64,000 nucleotides of DNA from an uncultured Gemmatimonadales bacterium (GCA_963771275.1 CAVYSW010000003.1:928001-992000); one strand, 5' to 3'. Counted from the stretch's first letter, positions 1 to 11,418 are shown. Notes: generated from the letters alone by a model not told the origin. Numbers and translations are program-made.

Positions 1-311
1 ATCCGGCATACCGGCCGGAGGGGGTGGAGTCCGCACCCGACCTCGCGACCGCGCTCGCGCGCGTGGGCGAGGCGCCGGAGGTGTTCGTGATCGGCGGCGC
101 CGAGGCATACCGCGACGCGCTGCCAAGGGCCGATCGGCTGTATCTCACCCTCGTCCACGCCTCGATCCCCGGCGACGTGCACTTTCCCTCGTTCGATTGG
201 ACCGTCTGGACGCTCGCCGAGGAGGCGTTTCATCCCGCCGATCCGCGTCACGCCCACGCGTTCACCTTCCGGCGCTACGAGCGACGTCGCCGCAACGCGT
301 ACCCCGCGTGA
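1..311 (+). CDS. folA: Dihydrofolate reductase, 3' part (cut by window edge)
   Basis: VFVIGGAEAY, RLYLTLVH, GDVHFP and FTFRRYER motifs typical of the DHFR C-terminal half. Confidence 0.9.
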   Translation, partial: PAYRPEGVESAPDLATALARVGEAPEVFVIGGAEAYRDALPRADRLYLTLVHASIPGDVHFPSFDWTVWTLAEEAFHPADPRHAHAFTFRRYERRRRNAYPA

Positions 312-342
312 CACCCAGCACGACAAGAGTCCAGAAAAACTA

Positions 343-371
343 TTGCATAACGGTTCGGCTTTTCGTATCGT
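343..371 (+). promoter_or_regulatory. Candidate sigma70 promoter for the ATP-grasp/KamA operon
   Basis: TTGCAT-17 nt-TATCGT in an AT-rich intergenic stretch 30 nt before ATG 402. Confidence 0.5.
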
Positions 372-401
372 GTAGCACCAGCAACATTCAGTCGGAGTAC
401 G

Positions 402-1484
402 ATGCGCATCGGGCTCGCGTACAATCAGAGACCAACTACCGGTTCCACCAGCCGGGACGACGAGCCTCCCCTATACATTCCCGCCGCTGCGCCTGACGCG
501 TTCGTCGAGTGGGATGAGCCGGAGACGATCGATGCCGTCGAGCGCGCCCTGCGCCCGCTCGGCGAGGTCGTGCGGCTCGAGGCGCTCGGCGACTTCGCCG
601 AGCGGCTCGCGCGCGCCGAGGTCGACCTGCTGTTCAACATCGCCGAAGGCTTCGCGGGCCCGAGCCGCGAGGCGCACGTGCCGGCGATCGCCGAGTTCCT
701 CGGCGTGCCCTACACCGCCTCGGACCCCCTCACCCTGACGCTCGCGCTCCACAAGGCCCGGGCCAAGGAGATCTTCTCGGCGCGTGGCATTCCCACGGCT
801 CCGTTCGTGCTGCTGGAATCCGACGCCGACCTGTCCCGGCTCAACAACCGGATGCCCTACCCGCTGTTCCTCAAGCCGGTGTGGGAGGGCTCCTCCAAGG
901 GGATCGCCCAGGCCAACTTCGTCCCCGACCGCCCGGCGGCGCTCGTGCGAGCGCGTGAGCTGCTGGCCGCCTACCAGCAGCCGGTCCTGGCCGAGGCCTA
1001 CCTCCCGGGCGACGAGTTCACGGTGGCGGTGCTGGGAAACGGCCCGGACGCGCGCGCGCTCCCGATCATCCGCTTCCGGTTCGACACGCTGCCTCCGGAT
1101 GCCCTGCCGATCATGGGCTACGAGGCCAAGTGGGTGTGGGACGACCCTGCGGCGCCGCTGGATGTGCTGGAGTGCCCCGCCCGGATCCAGCCCGCGCTCG
1201 CGGAGGCGATCGCCCGGACGGCGCTCGCGGCGGCGCGGGCGCTGGGCTGCCGCGATTGGGCGCGCGTCGACGTCCGGCTGGACGGTCGGGGGACGCCGAA
1301 CGTGGTGGAAGTGAATCCGCTGCCCGGCATCATCCCGAATCCGGCCGACAACAGCTGTTTCCCCCGAGCGGCGGCGGCGGCGGGGATGAGCTACGACGAG
1401 CTGATCCAGACGGTGGCCCGAATCGCATGGCGGCGGATCACCGGGCGGGAGCTGCTCTCCACCCCTGCCGAGGCGGCCGCATGA
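402..1484 (+). CDS. D-Ala-D-Ala ligase-like ATP-grasp enzyme (paralog 1)
   Basis: FNIAEG, KPVWEGSSKGI, YEAKW, RVDVRLD and EVNPLPG ATP-grasp motifs. Confidence 0.9.
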   Translation: MRIGLAYNQRPTTGSTSRDDEPPLYIPAAAPDAFVEWDEPETIDAVERALRPLGEVVRLEALGDFAERLARAEVDLLFNIAEGFAGPSREAHVPAIAEFLGVPYTASDPLTLTLALHKARAKEIFSARGIPTAPFVLLESDADLSRLNNRMPYPLFLKPVWEGSSKGIAQANFVPDRPAALVRARELLAAYQQPVLAEAYLPGDEFTVAVLGNGPDARALPIIRFRFDTLPPDALPIMGYEAKWVWDDPAAPLDVLECPARIQPALAEAIARTALAAARALGCRDWARVDVRLDGRGTPNVVEVNPLPGIIPNPADNSCFPRAAAAAGMSYDELIQTVARIAWRRITGRELLSTPAEAAA

Positions 1485-2521
1485 GAGTCGCGATTCTCTA
1501 CGACGGCGTCGCCGACACGTGGTCGGCCGCGGACGTCCGCGAGGTGATGACGGCGGTGACGGAGATCGCCCGGGTGTTGCGCCGCGCCGGACATGTCGTG
1601 GACCGGGTCCCGGTGCGCTCGGGACTCCGCTGGCTCACGCGATGCCGGCAGGCAGACGTGGTCTTCAATCTGTGCGAGAGCGTCAACGCCGTCGGGCGGT
1701 ACGAGAGTCTGGTGGCCGGTGCCATCGAGCTGTCGGGCGTGCCGTTCACCGGCGCGCGGCCTGAGGTCATTTCGCTGTGTCACCGGAAGTCCGTCGCCAA
1801 CGCCCTGCTCGCCTCCCGGGGGCTTCCCGTTCCCCCGTGGGTCGTTCCCGGAAGCCAGAAGATCCCGAGCGGTTTCCCCCTCCCGGCCATCGTCAAGCCG
1901 GCGGCGGAGGACGCCAGCGTCGGGATCGACCAGGGCTCGGTCGTCACGACCCGGCGCGCCCTGCACGAGCGGGTGGCACAGCTCAGCGAAGAGCACCGCG
2001 AGATCCTGGTCCAGCAGTACATCGCCGGGCGCGAGCTGGCCGTGGGGTTTATCGGGTCGGAGGCGCTGCCGCTCTCGGAGATCGACTTCAGCGAGATGCC
2101 CGACGGGGCGTGGCCGATCCTGTCGTTCTCGGCAAAGTGGGAAGTGGGCGGGGTGGAGGACCTCGGCAGCCGACCGATCTGTCCGGCGCCGGTGTCGAAG
2201 GCCATGGCGGAGCGCCTCACCGCGCTCGCGCGCGAGGCCTGGGAGGCCGTCGGCGGCACGGGATACGGCCGCGTGGACCTGCGGCTCGACGCCGCCGGCC
2301 AGCCGTGGATCCTGGAAGTGAACCCGAATCCTGACATCAGCGACAATGCCGGCCTCGCACGCATGGGGGAGGCACTCGGCTGGTCGTACCAGGACCTGAT
2401 CTTGCGCATCGTGGACGCGGCCTTCGCGGACGCCCAGCTGGCCGACTCGGTCGCCGTCTCGACGGCCGCCCGGTCGCGTGCCGACCGCCGCGTGGCTGAA
2501 GAACAGCAGAAACTGGCGTAG
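1481..2521 (+). CDS. D-Ala-D-Ala ligase-like ATP-grasp enzyme (paralog 2)
   Basis: ATGA overlap with the previous gene; MRVAILYD start, FNLCE, KPAAEDASVGI, GRVDLRLD, EVNPNPD. Confidence 0.9.
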   Translation: MRVAILYDGVADTWSAADVREVMTAVTEIARVLRRAGHVVDRVPVRSGLRWLTRCRQADVVFNLCESVNAVGRYESLVAGAIELSGVPFTGARPEVISLCHRKSVANALLASRGLPVPPWVVPGSQKIPSGFPLPAIVKPAAEDASVGIDQGSVVTTRRALHERVAQLSEEHREILVQQYIAGRELAVGFIGSEALPLSEIDFSEMPDGAWPILSFSAKWEVGGVEDLGSRPICPAPVSKAMAERLTALAREAWEAVGGTGYGRVDLRLDAAGQPWILEVNPNPDISDNAGLARMGEALGWSYQDLILRIVDAAFADAQLADSVAVSTAARSRADRRVAEEQQKLA

Positions 2522-3052
2522 ATGCCCGCTTCGGACGACCCAGCCGGAGTCGATCGCGCCGCGGCCGTGGCTCTCCACGCGCCGCGGGCGACCGACCGCG
2601 ATCGGGCACGGGAGATCATCGAAGCGAGCGGCGTGTTCCGGCCGGACGAGACGCCGGTCGCCCTCGAAGTGTTCGACGGGGCGGTCCGGGCCCCCGGCCG
2701 GGACTATTGGGGCATCGGCGCATACGTCGGCGACCGGCTGGTGGGCTTCGCCACCTTCGGGGCGGTACCCTGCACGCTGGCCACGTGGGACCTGTACTGG
2801 ATCGCCGTCGATCCCGCCCTTCAGGGGGCGGGCATCGGCCGGCAGCTCATGGCCCACTGCGAGCGGACGATCGTAGCGGAAGGCGGTCGCCTCATCGTGG
2901 TGGAGACCTCGTCGCGCGCCGACTACGCGCCGACGCGGGCCTTCTATCGCCGGCTCGGCTACGAGGACCGTGCGGCGATCCCGGAGTACTACGCTCCGGG
3001 CGACGGCCTGATCGTATTCACCAAGTACCTCGCAGCTTCCGCGGACGAGTGA
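2522..3052 (+). CDS. GNAT family N-acetyltransferase
   Basis: LYWIAVDPALQGAGIG acetyl-CoA motif, FYRRLGY; starts immediately after the previous stop. Confidence 0.9.
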   Translation: MPASDDPAGVDRAAAVALHAPRATDRDRAREIIEASGVFRPDETPVALEVFDGAVRAPGRDYWGIGAYVGDRLVGFATFGAVPCTLATWDLYWIAVDPALQGAGIGRQLMAHCERTIVAEGGRLIVVETSSRADYAPTRAFYRRLGYEDRAAIPEYYAPGDGLIVFTKYLAASADE

Positions 3053-3058
3053 CGGCCC

Positions 3059-4222
3059 ATGGCTGAGTGGCAACGCCTCCTGCACGAAAGCGGTCTGCGG
3101 ACGCTGCAGCACCTCGTCGACCGGTTCGGCGCGGAGCACTTCCCGGATCTCGGACGGCTGCAGCAGGCGGTCGACAACTTCGAATTCCGGATCTCGCCGG
3201 CGATGGCCGAGCTGATCCAGGAGCCGGGTGACCCGATCTGGCGCCAGTACGTGCCCGACCTGCAGGAGCTCGACGTCGTGGACGGCGTGATGGACAGCCT
3301 GGGCGAGGATGCCGACAGCCCGGTGCCGAACATCACGCACCGCTACCCCGACCGCGCGCTGTTCCTGGTGAGCCCGGTCTGCGCCTCCTACTGTCGGTTC
3401 TGCACGCGGCGGCGCAAGGTGGGCGACCCCGAGAAGATCTCGATGTCGCAGTTCGAGAGCGCGTTCCGCTACCTCGAGGAGCACGCCGAGATTCGCGACG
3501 TGATCCTGTCGGGGGGAGACCCGCTGCTGCTCTCCGATCGGCGGCTCGAAGGCATCATCGCCCGGCTGCGCAAGATCAAGCACCTCGAGGTCATCCGGAT
3601 CGGCAGCCGGGTGCCGTGCCACCTGCCCGAGCGGATCACGCCGGAGCTGTGCGGCATGCTCCGTAAGTACCACCCGCTCTACATCAATACCCACTTCAAC
3701 CACCCCGACGAGCTCACGCCGGCCGCCGTGCAGGGCCTCGGCATGCTCGCCGACGCCGGCATCCCGCTGGGGTGCCAGACCGTGCTGCTCCGGGGCGTGA
3801 ACGACGACGTGGACGTGATGAAGCGGCTGATGCAGAAGCTGCTCGCCGCGCGGGTGCGGCCGTACTACATCTACATGTGCGACAACGTCGCGGGCGTCGA
3901 GCATTTCAAGACCACGGTCGAGAAGGGCCTCGAGATCGTCGAGGGCCTGCGTGGCTGGACCAGCGGGCTCGCCGTGCCGCACTTCGTGATCGACGCGCCC
4001 GGCGGCGGCGGCAAGATCCCGTTGCTGCCCGAGTACGTCGTCCGGCTCACCAACGACGAGATCGTGCTGCGCAACTTCCGCGGGCGGCAGTATGTCTGGA
4101 AGCAGCCGCGCGAGGACGAGGCCCTGGTGGCCGCGGCCACGGGCACCGACGGGTCCGTGGTGCCGATCCGCCGCAAGCCCAAGAAAAAGCGGCCGGAGCG
4201 GAAGCCCTCCGCCGCGAGGTAG
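3059..4222 (+). CDS. kamA: Lysine 2,3-aminomutase (KamA family radical SAM/PLP enzyme)
   Basis: HRYPDR, CASYCRFC radical SAM motif, SGGDPL, HFNHP, YMCD, DAPGGGGK (PLP lysine). Confidence 0.92.
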   Translation: MAEWQRLLHESGLRTLQHLVDRFGAEHFPDLGRLQQAVDNFEFRISPAMAELIQEPGDPIWRQYVPDLQELDVVDGVMDSLGEDADSPVPNITHRYPDRALFLVSPVCASYCRFCTRRRKVGDPEKISMSQFESAFRYLEEHAEIRDVILSGGDPLLLSDRRLEGIIARLRKIKHLEVIRIGSRVPCHLPERITPELCGMLRKYHPLYINTHFNHPDELTPAAVQGLGMLADAGIPLGCQTVLLRGVNDDVDVMKRLMQKLLAARVRPYYIYMCDNVAGVEHFKTTVEKGLEIVEGLRGWTSGLAVPHFVIDAPGGGGKIPLLPEYVVRLTNDEIVLRNFRGRQYVWKQPREDEALVAAATGTDGSVVPIRRKPKKKRPERKPSAAR

Positions 4223-4224
4223 AG

Positions 4225-4326
4225 AGCCGAAAGCCGATAAGCCGAACGACACGCAAAAGGGCGGCCTGCGAGGCCGCCCTTTCCGCCATTCTGATCTCAC
4301 GGCTATCGGCTATCGGCCATCGGCTA
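4225..4326. repeat. Short inverted heptamer arrays flanking the terminator
   Basis: AGCCGA x3 at 4225-4245 and complementary CGGCTAT/CGGCCAT x4 at 4300-4326. Confidence 0.6.
4256..4282. terminator. Bidirectional intrinsic terminator-like hairpin between convergent kamA and EF-G2
   Basis: AAAGGGCGGCCT-GCG-AGGCCGCCCTTT perfect 12-bp stem. Confidence 0.75.
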
Positions 4327-6423
4327 CCTCTTGTTCTTCTCCTCCTCTTCCTTGGCCCGCTCGGCCGCGATCTTCTGCGCCACGTCGGGCGGCACTTCCT
4401 GGTAGCTCGCGAACGCCGCCCGGAACGTCCCCCGGCCGTGCGTCATCGAGTGCAGCGTGGTCGAGTACTTGTACATCTCCGCTTCCGGCACCATGGCCTT
4501 GATCTTGGTCAGCCGCCCCTCGGGCTCACTGCCCAGGATCTGCCCGCGCCGGGAGGACAGGTCTCCCATCACCTCGCCCAGGTTGCCGTCGGGCGTCAGC
4601 ACCTCGATCTGCAGGATCGGCTCCAGCAGCACGGGTTTGGACTTCGCGGCGACCGTCCGGAAAGCCTGGATCCCCGCCATCTTGAACGCCATCTCGCTCG
4701 AGTCCACGTCGTGGTAGCTGCCGTCGAAGCACTCGGCCTGGAAATCCACCACCGGGTAGCCGGCGACCGCGCCGCGGTGCGCCGCCTCCTGAATCCCCTT
4801 GTCCACCGCCGGGATGTACTTGTTCGGGATCACGCCCCCCGTGATCGAGTCCACGAACTCGTACCCGCTGCCCCGCGGCAGCGGCTTGATCTTGATCCAG
4901 CAGTCACCGTACTGCCCCCGGCCGCCCGTCTGCTTCTTGTGCTTCCCCTGCCCCTCCGCCGTCCCGCGGAACGTCTCGCGGTACGCCACTCCCGGCCGCG
5001 CCAGCTCGGCGCTGACCCCGAACTTCCGCTTCAGCCGACCCACGATCACCTCGAGGTGCCGCTCCCCGCGGCCCCGCACGATCGTCTGCCCGAGCTCGCC
5101 ACTGTACTCGTGGTGGAACGTGGGGTCCTCCTCGTGCAGCCGCTGGAGCGACGTGGAGAGCTTGTCCTCCTCGCCGTGCTGATGCACCTCGACCGCCATC
5201 GCGATCAGCGGCTCCGGCAACGGGATCTTGGACAGCACCACCGGGTTGGCCCGTGTCGACAGGGTATCGTTGGTGTGGGTGTCCTTGAGCTTCGCGACCG
5301 CCCCGATGTCGCCGGCGTGCAGCGTCGGCACCTCGGTGCGGTCCCGCCCCTGGGCGACCGACAGGTGGTTGAGCTTCTCGACGGCGTCGCGCGGCGCGTT
5401 GAGGACGTCCGCGCCGTTGGCGAGCGCGCCCGACAGGATGCGGAAGTACGTCACATCGCCGACGTGCGGCTCGGACACCGTCTTGAATACCCGTGCCACG
5501 AACGGCGCATCGTCGCTCACGGGGATCGCGACGGGCTCCGCCGAGCCCCATGCCTGAGCCTCGACGGGCGGCAGGGCGGCGGGTGACGGCATCAGCTCGA
5601 CCAGCTTCGACAGCAGGGCACGGGTACCGTACGTCAGCTCGGCCGCCCCGCACAGCAGCGGGAACAGCTCGCCGCGCGACATGCCGGCCTTCATCGCCAC
5701 GATCGCGTCGTCCCGCGAGATCTCCTCCCCGCCGAGGTAGCGCTCGATCAGCGTGTCATCGGTCTCCGCGATCCGCTCGATCAGCTCCTGCGAGTACCGC
5801 TCGAACCGCTCCTGGTACTCGGCCGGGATGTCGACCTCGTCGTACTCGCCGGACTTGCTGCCCTTCTTGTAGAGATGGCACTTCCGGGAGAACAGGTTGA
5901 TGATCCCGTGGAAGTCCGCGCCCTCGCCCACCGGGATCTCGATCGGGATCACCTTGGGCGTGAGGTGCTCCTTGATTTCCGTGTAGACCTTCTCGAAGTT
6001 GGCGTGCTCCTTGTCCATCATCGAGACGAAGAACATCCGCGGCATGCCGCGCCGCTCGGCCTGCTCCCAGACGAGCTCCGTGCCCACCTCGACCCCGGCC
6101 GTGGCACCCACCACGATCAGCGCACCGTCGGAGGCATGGATGCCCGCCACGGCGTCGCCGATGAAGTCGAGGTATCCGGGCGTGTCCACCAGATTGACCT
6201 TGCACTCCGCCCATTCCGCGTAGGCCAGCGCGAGGCTGATGGAGAACTGCCGTTCGACTTCGTCGGGGGTGTAATCGGTGAGGGCGGTACCGTCTTTCAC
6301 GGATCCATGCCGTTTGCTGCTGCCGGCCACGAACGCAAGGGCATCAACGAGGGACGTCTTGCCGCATGCGCCGTGGCCCACAACAGCCACATTCCGGATC
6401 CGATCGCTTGTATAGTCCCGCAT
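4324..6423 (-). CDS. fusA: Elongation factor G paralog (EF-G2 type)
   Basis: IRNVAVVGHGACGKTS, DTPGY, KQTGGRGQYG, DGSYHDVDSSEMAF, SRRGQI; G1 and switch I differ from canonical EF-G. Confidence 0.92.
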   Translation of the reverse strand: MRDYTSDRIRNVAVVGHGACGKTSLVDALAFVAGSSKRHGSVKDGTALTDYTPDEVERQFSISLALAYAEWAECKVNLVDTPGYLDFIGDAVAGIHASDGALIVVGATAGVEVGTELVWEQAERRGMPRMFFVSMMDKEHANFEKVYTEIKEHLTPKVIPIEIPVGEGADFHGIINLFSRKCHLYKKGSKSGEYDEVDIPAEYQERFERYSQELIERIAETDDTLIERYLGGEEISRDDAIVAMKAGMSRGELFPLLCGAAELTYGTRALLSKLVELMPSPAALPPVEAQAWGSAEPVAIPVSDDAPFVARVFKTVSEPHVGDVTYFRILSGALANGADVLNAPRDAVEKLNHLSVAQGRDRTEVPTLHAGDIGAVAKLKDTHTNDTLSTRANPVVLSKIPLPEPLIAMAVEVHQHGEEDKLSTSLQRLHEEDPTFHHEYSGELGQTIVRGRGERHLEVIVGRLKRKFGVSAELARPGVAYRETFRGTAEGQGKHKKQTGGRGQYGDCWIKIKPLPRGSGYEFVDSITGGVIPNKYIPAVDKGIQEAAHRGAVAGYPVVDFQAECFDGSYHDVDSSEMAFKMAGIQAFRTVAAKSKPVLLEPILQIEVLTPDGNLGEVMGDLSSRRGQILGSEPEGRLTKIKAMVPEAEMYKYSTTLHSMTHGRGTFRAAFASYQEVPPDVAQKIAAERAKEEEEKNKR

Positions 6424-6557
6424 AGGGGACGCCTCCATTGGGGGGGACCGGGAAATTGGGCCGGGGGGACAGGGGCTGTCAATCGGGCCCGCGGCCGCCG
6501 GGACGGTTAACGCGGGGCCGTCTCCGGCGTATTCTCAGATACCCAGCCGCCCCGACC

Positions 6558-8153
<1,596 letters not shown>

Positions 8154-8192
8154 GGCCGACCCGTCGTGACGGGCCGGGACCAGGAGGCCGAC

Positions 8193-9461
8193 ATGAGTTG
8201 TGGCTGCATGGATCGTCGCGTGTTCGTGCGCGCGGGAGCCCTCGCGCTCCTGAGCCTGGGGCTGGACCCGATCTTCCTCACGCGGGCCGCCTATGCGGCA
8301 CGCCGCGCCCCGGGGGCGAACGCCGGGCGCAAAGTGCTGATCTGCGTATTCCAGCGTGGCGCCGTGGATGGTCTCAGTGTGATCGTGCCGCACGGCGATC
8401 CCCACTACTACCGGGAGCGCGCGCGCATCGCGGTCCCGCGTCCGGGACGTGCGGGCGGCGCGCTCGACCTCGACGGGCATTTCGGCCTGCACCCCGCGCT
8501 GGCCCCGCTGCTCCCGCTCTACCGCGCGGGCACGCTGGCCGCCGTCCACGCCGTGGGCTCTCCCGACCCGACCCGCAGCCATTTCGACGCGCAGGACTAC
8601 ATGGAATCGGGGACACCGGGACGACGGTCCACGCCGGACGGCTGGCTCAACCGCCATCTGGCGCATGCCGCAGAGCATCGTGACACGCCGTTCCGCGGCG
8701 TGGCCATCGGCCCGCAGCTCCCCTTGGCGCTGCGGGGCGCCGCGCCGGCACTCGCTGTCGACAACCTCCAGGCGTTTGGCCTGCGGGGCCGCCCCGCGGT
8801 GCGCGATCGACTCGAGCGGGCCTTCGAGGAGATGTACCAGGGCGCTGCCACTGGCCTCGTCGCGACCTCGTCGGAGGAGGCCTTCGAGGCGGTGCGTCAG
8901 CTTCGCGCGGCGGACCTGGCGGGCTTCGAGCCGGCCCATGGAGCGCTGTATCCGCGTTCGCCCTTCGGGCAGGCGATGCGCCAGCTCGCTCAGGTGATCA
9001 AGGCGGATCTGGGCCTGGAGATCGGGTTCGCGGACCTCGCGGGGTGGGACACCCACGTCAACCAAGGCGCGAGCGACGGGCAGCTCGCGGCGCGACTGCG
9101 CGACCTGGCGGACGGGTTGGCCGCGTTCGCGACGGATCTGGGCGAGCGGATGGCCGACGTGGTCGTGCTCACCATGAGCGAGTTCGGTCGCACGGTCGCG
9201 GAGAACGGCAACGCCGGCACGGACCACGGGCACGGGACGGCGATGCTGGTCCTGGGGGGCCCGACGCGCGGCGGGCGCGTGCTGGGGCGTTGGCCGACGC
9301 TCGACCCCGCGGCCCGGTTCGAGGGACGCGACCTTGCCGTCACCACGGATTTTCGGAGCCTGTTCGGCGAGATTCTGGTGGGGCACTTGGGCGCCGCGGA
9401 CCTGGGGGCGGTCTTTCCGGGGTATTCCGCGGCGGGGACGGCCCTGGGTGTGACGGGCTGA
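8193..9461 (+). CDS. DUF1501 family protein (Tat-like signal)
   Basis: DRRVFV, QRGAVDGL, RSHFDAQDYMESG, GWDTH, SEFGRT, GTDHG; AGGAGG RBS. Confidence 0.9.
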   Translation: MSCGCMDRRVFVRAGALALLSLGLDPIFLTRAAYAARRAPGANAGRKVLICVFQRGAVDGLSVIVPHGDPHYYRERARIAVPRPGRAGGALDLDGHFGLHPALAPLLPLYRAGTLAAVHAVGSPDPTRSHFDAQDYMESGTPGRRSTPDGWLNRHLAHAAEHRDTPFRGVAIGPQLPLALRGAAPALAVDNLQAFGLRGRPAVRDRLERAFEEMYQGAATGLVATSSEEAFEAVRQLRAADLAGFEPAHGALYPRSPFGQAMRQLAQVIKADLGLEIGFADLAGWDTHVNQGASDGQLAARLRDLADGLAAFATDLGERMADVVVLTMSEFGRTVAENGNAGTDHGHGTAMLVLGGPTRGGRVLGRWPTLDPAARFEGRDLAVTTDFRSLFGEILVGHLGAADLGAVFPGYSAAGTALGVTG

Positions 9462-9504
9462 CGCGGCTGTTTCGCTTTCCGTCGGGCCGCCGTATCTTTT
9501 ATCC

Positions 9505-11397
9505 GTGGCTACCCTCGACGACCCCGTCCTGCGCATGGTGGTGGCCGCCGGCACCGCTCCGGACCAGCGCCGCTTCTGGAGCCACGTCGCCGACATCCTG
9601 CTCGACTTTCACAACGTCCGCCGTGTCACGATCGAGTACTGCGACCGCTGGGGAGCGGGGTCCGTGGCGGCCGGAACGCCAAAGGACAACCACACGCTGA
9701 CCAAGACGTACCGCGAAGGCGACGAGCGGTACGCGACCGTTCACGTCACGCCCCCGGCCCGCGACCAGGCCAGTCTCCAGGCCCAGCTCGTCACCGCCGT
9801 GGAGCTGGCGGGACTGGTCGGGCGGCGGGGGGTGCTCGAGCACGAGCGCCGGCTCGGCACGTTCTTGGTCGAGCTGTCCCGCTGGATGAAGACCGTCGTA
9901 GCCGATCCCCAGCAGCTGCTCCAGTACACGATCCACAGCGTCATGAGCCTGACGGGAGCGCACGGCGCCATCGTTGTGGAGCGCAAGGCGGACGGCACGC
10001 TGTATGTCGAGGCCGCGGTCGGCGAGACCGAGACGTTCCAGCGCGGGGCCGAGGCGCTGCGCCAGAGCATCTTCGCGCGGGTGTTGAAGGCGGAGGCCCC
10101 GTTGCTGGTGGAGCGGCTGGCGGACGAGCCCGATGCCCCGGTCACGCCGGCGGTGCGCGCCACCCTCGCGGCGGCCATGCTGGTACCGCTCCCCACGTCG
10201 GGCGACGCCGCGGGCGTGCTCGGCGTGTTTCGGGTCAAGGGACGGCAGGGCGGCGGCGAGCGTTTCCGCCTCGAGGACCTCACGTACCTGCAGGCGGTGG
10301 CGTCCCACATCGGCACCGCGCTGGAGCTGACCTGGGCGATTCGCGCGGCCCGCCGGGCGGCCCAGCGGGCGAGCTCGATGGTGAACGGGAGCCCGACGCC
10401 GCTGGCCTTGATCTCGCGGACCGGCCACGTGATCGAGGCCAACCGCGCCCTGGCGGTGCTGTTCGGGTACGAGAGCCTCGACAAGGTGCGCGGCATGCAC
10501 CTCGATGCCTTCCCGATGACGCTCGACCGGGTGACGGCGCTCGAGGCGCTGGATCTCGCGGCGGGCGCCGTGCCCTGGCGTGGGCGGGCGGAGGTCATCC
10601 GTGGCTCCGAGGAGCGGAAGTGCGAAGCCTTCTTCACCCAGCTCGAGGGCGGGGAGGCCGAGTTCCTGCTGACCATGAACGACCGCACCGAGGAGCTCCG
10701 CGCCCGGCGCGAGCTGGTGGCGAGCGAGAAGCTCGCCACGGTCGGCACGATCGCGGCCGGTGTGGCCCACGAGGTGAACAACCCGCTCGCGGCGATTCGC
10801 ATGGAGGCCGAGCTGCTCGGCATGCAGGCCCCGGCCCCCGAGGTCGCGGCTGCCAGCCAGGCGATCATCCGCGAAGTGGACCGGGCGGCCCGGATCGCCA
10901 AGAGCCTGTTGCGCCTCGCGACCCAATCGCACGGCCGGATGGAGCTCATGGCGGTGGGGCAGGTGCTTCAGGACATCGTCAACGTGCGTGCCCCACTGGC
11001 CCGGGAAACGGGAATCGAGCTCCGGATCTCCGTCCAGGAGGATCTGCCCGCCGTGCTGGCCCGCGGCGGCGATTTGGAGCAGATCTTCCTCAATCTGCTG
11101 ACCAACGCGGAGGACGCGGTGCGGGGACGGGCACCCGGTGTGATCGCCCTGATGGTCGAGCGGAGGCAGGAGGGCGTGCGTGTTTGCGTGGACGATACCG
11201 GCCCCGGCGTGCAGCGCGACCTCCGCACCAGGATCTTCGATCCCTTCTTCACCACCAAGCCGCCCGACAAGGGCAACGGGCTCGGTCTCGCCATGTGCCT
11301 GCGGATCGTGAGCGAGCTCGGCGGCAAGATCTGGGTCGAGGACGGCCCCCTGGGCGGCGCCCGCTTCGTGGTGGAGCTGCCCACGCCAATTCGGTAG
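9505..11397 (+). CDS. Cytoplasmic GAF/PAS sensor histidine kinase
   Basis: H-box GVAHEVNNPL, N-box NLLTNA, DTGPG, FDPFFTTK, GNGLGL. Confidence 0.9.
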   Translation: MATLDDPVLRMVVAAGTAPDQRRFWSHVADILLDFHNVRRVTIEYCDRWGAGSVAAGTPKDNHTLTKTYREGDERYATVHVTPPARDQASLQAQLVTAVELAGLVGRRGVLEHERRLGTFLVELSRWMKTVVADPQQLLQYTIHSVMSLTGAHGAIVVERKADGTLYVEAAVGETETFQRGAEALRQSIFARVLKAEAPLLVERLADEPDAPVTPAVRATLAAAMLVPLPTSGDAAGVLGVFRVKGRQGGGERFRLEDLTYLQAVASHIGTALELTWAIRAARRAAQRASSMVNGSPTPLALISRTGHVIEANRALAVLFGYESLDKVRGMHLDAFPMTLDRVTALEALDLAAGAVPWRGRAEVIRGSEERKCEAFFTQLEGGEAEFLLTMNDRTEELRARRELVASEKLATVGTIAAGVAHEVNNPLAAIRMEAELLGMQAPAPEVAAASQAIIREVDRAARIAKSLLRLATQSHGRMELMAVGQVLQDIVNVRAPLARETGIELRISVQEDLPAVLARGGDLEQIFLNLLTNAEDAVRGRAPGVIALMVERRQEGVRVCVDDTGPGVQRDLRTRIFDPFFTTKPPDKGNGLGLAMCLRIVSELGGKIWVEDGPLGGARFVVELPTPIR

Positions 11398-11418
11398 CCA
11401 CCATCTCCCGGGGCGCCG

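Noticed and set aside
1391..4300. 969-aa minus-strand ORF and many other long antisense or alternate-frame ORFs (e.g. 15031-17367, 18763-20910, 27037-29154, 44263-46428)
   Set aside because: They shadow well-supported genes on the other strand or frame, are Arg/Pro/Gly-rich and have no motifs; expected in high-GC DNA
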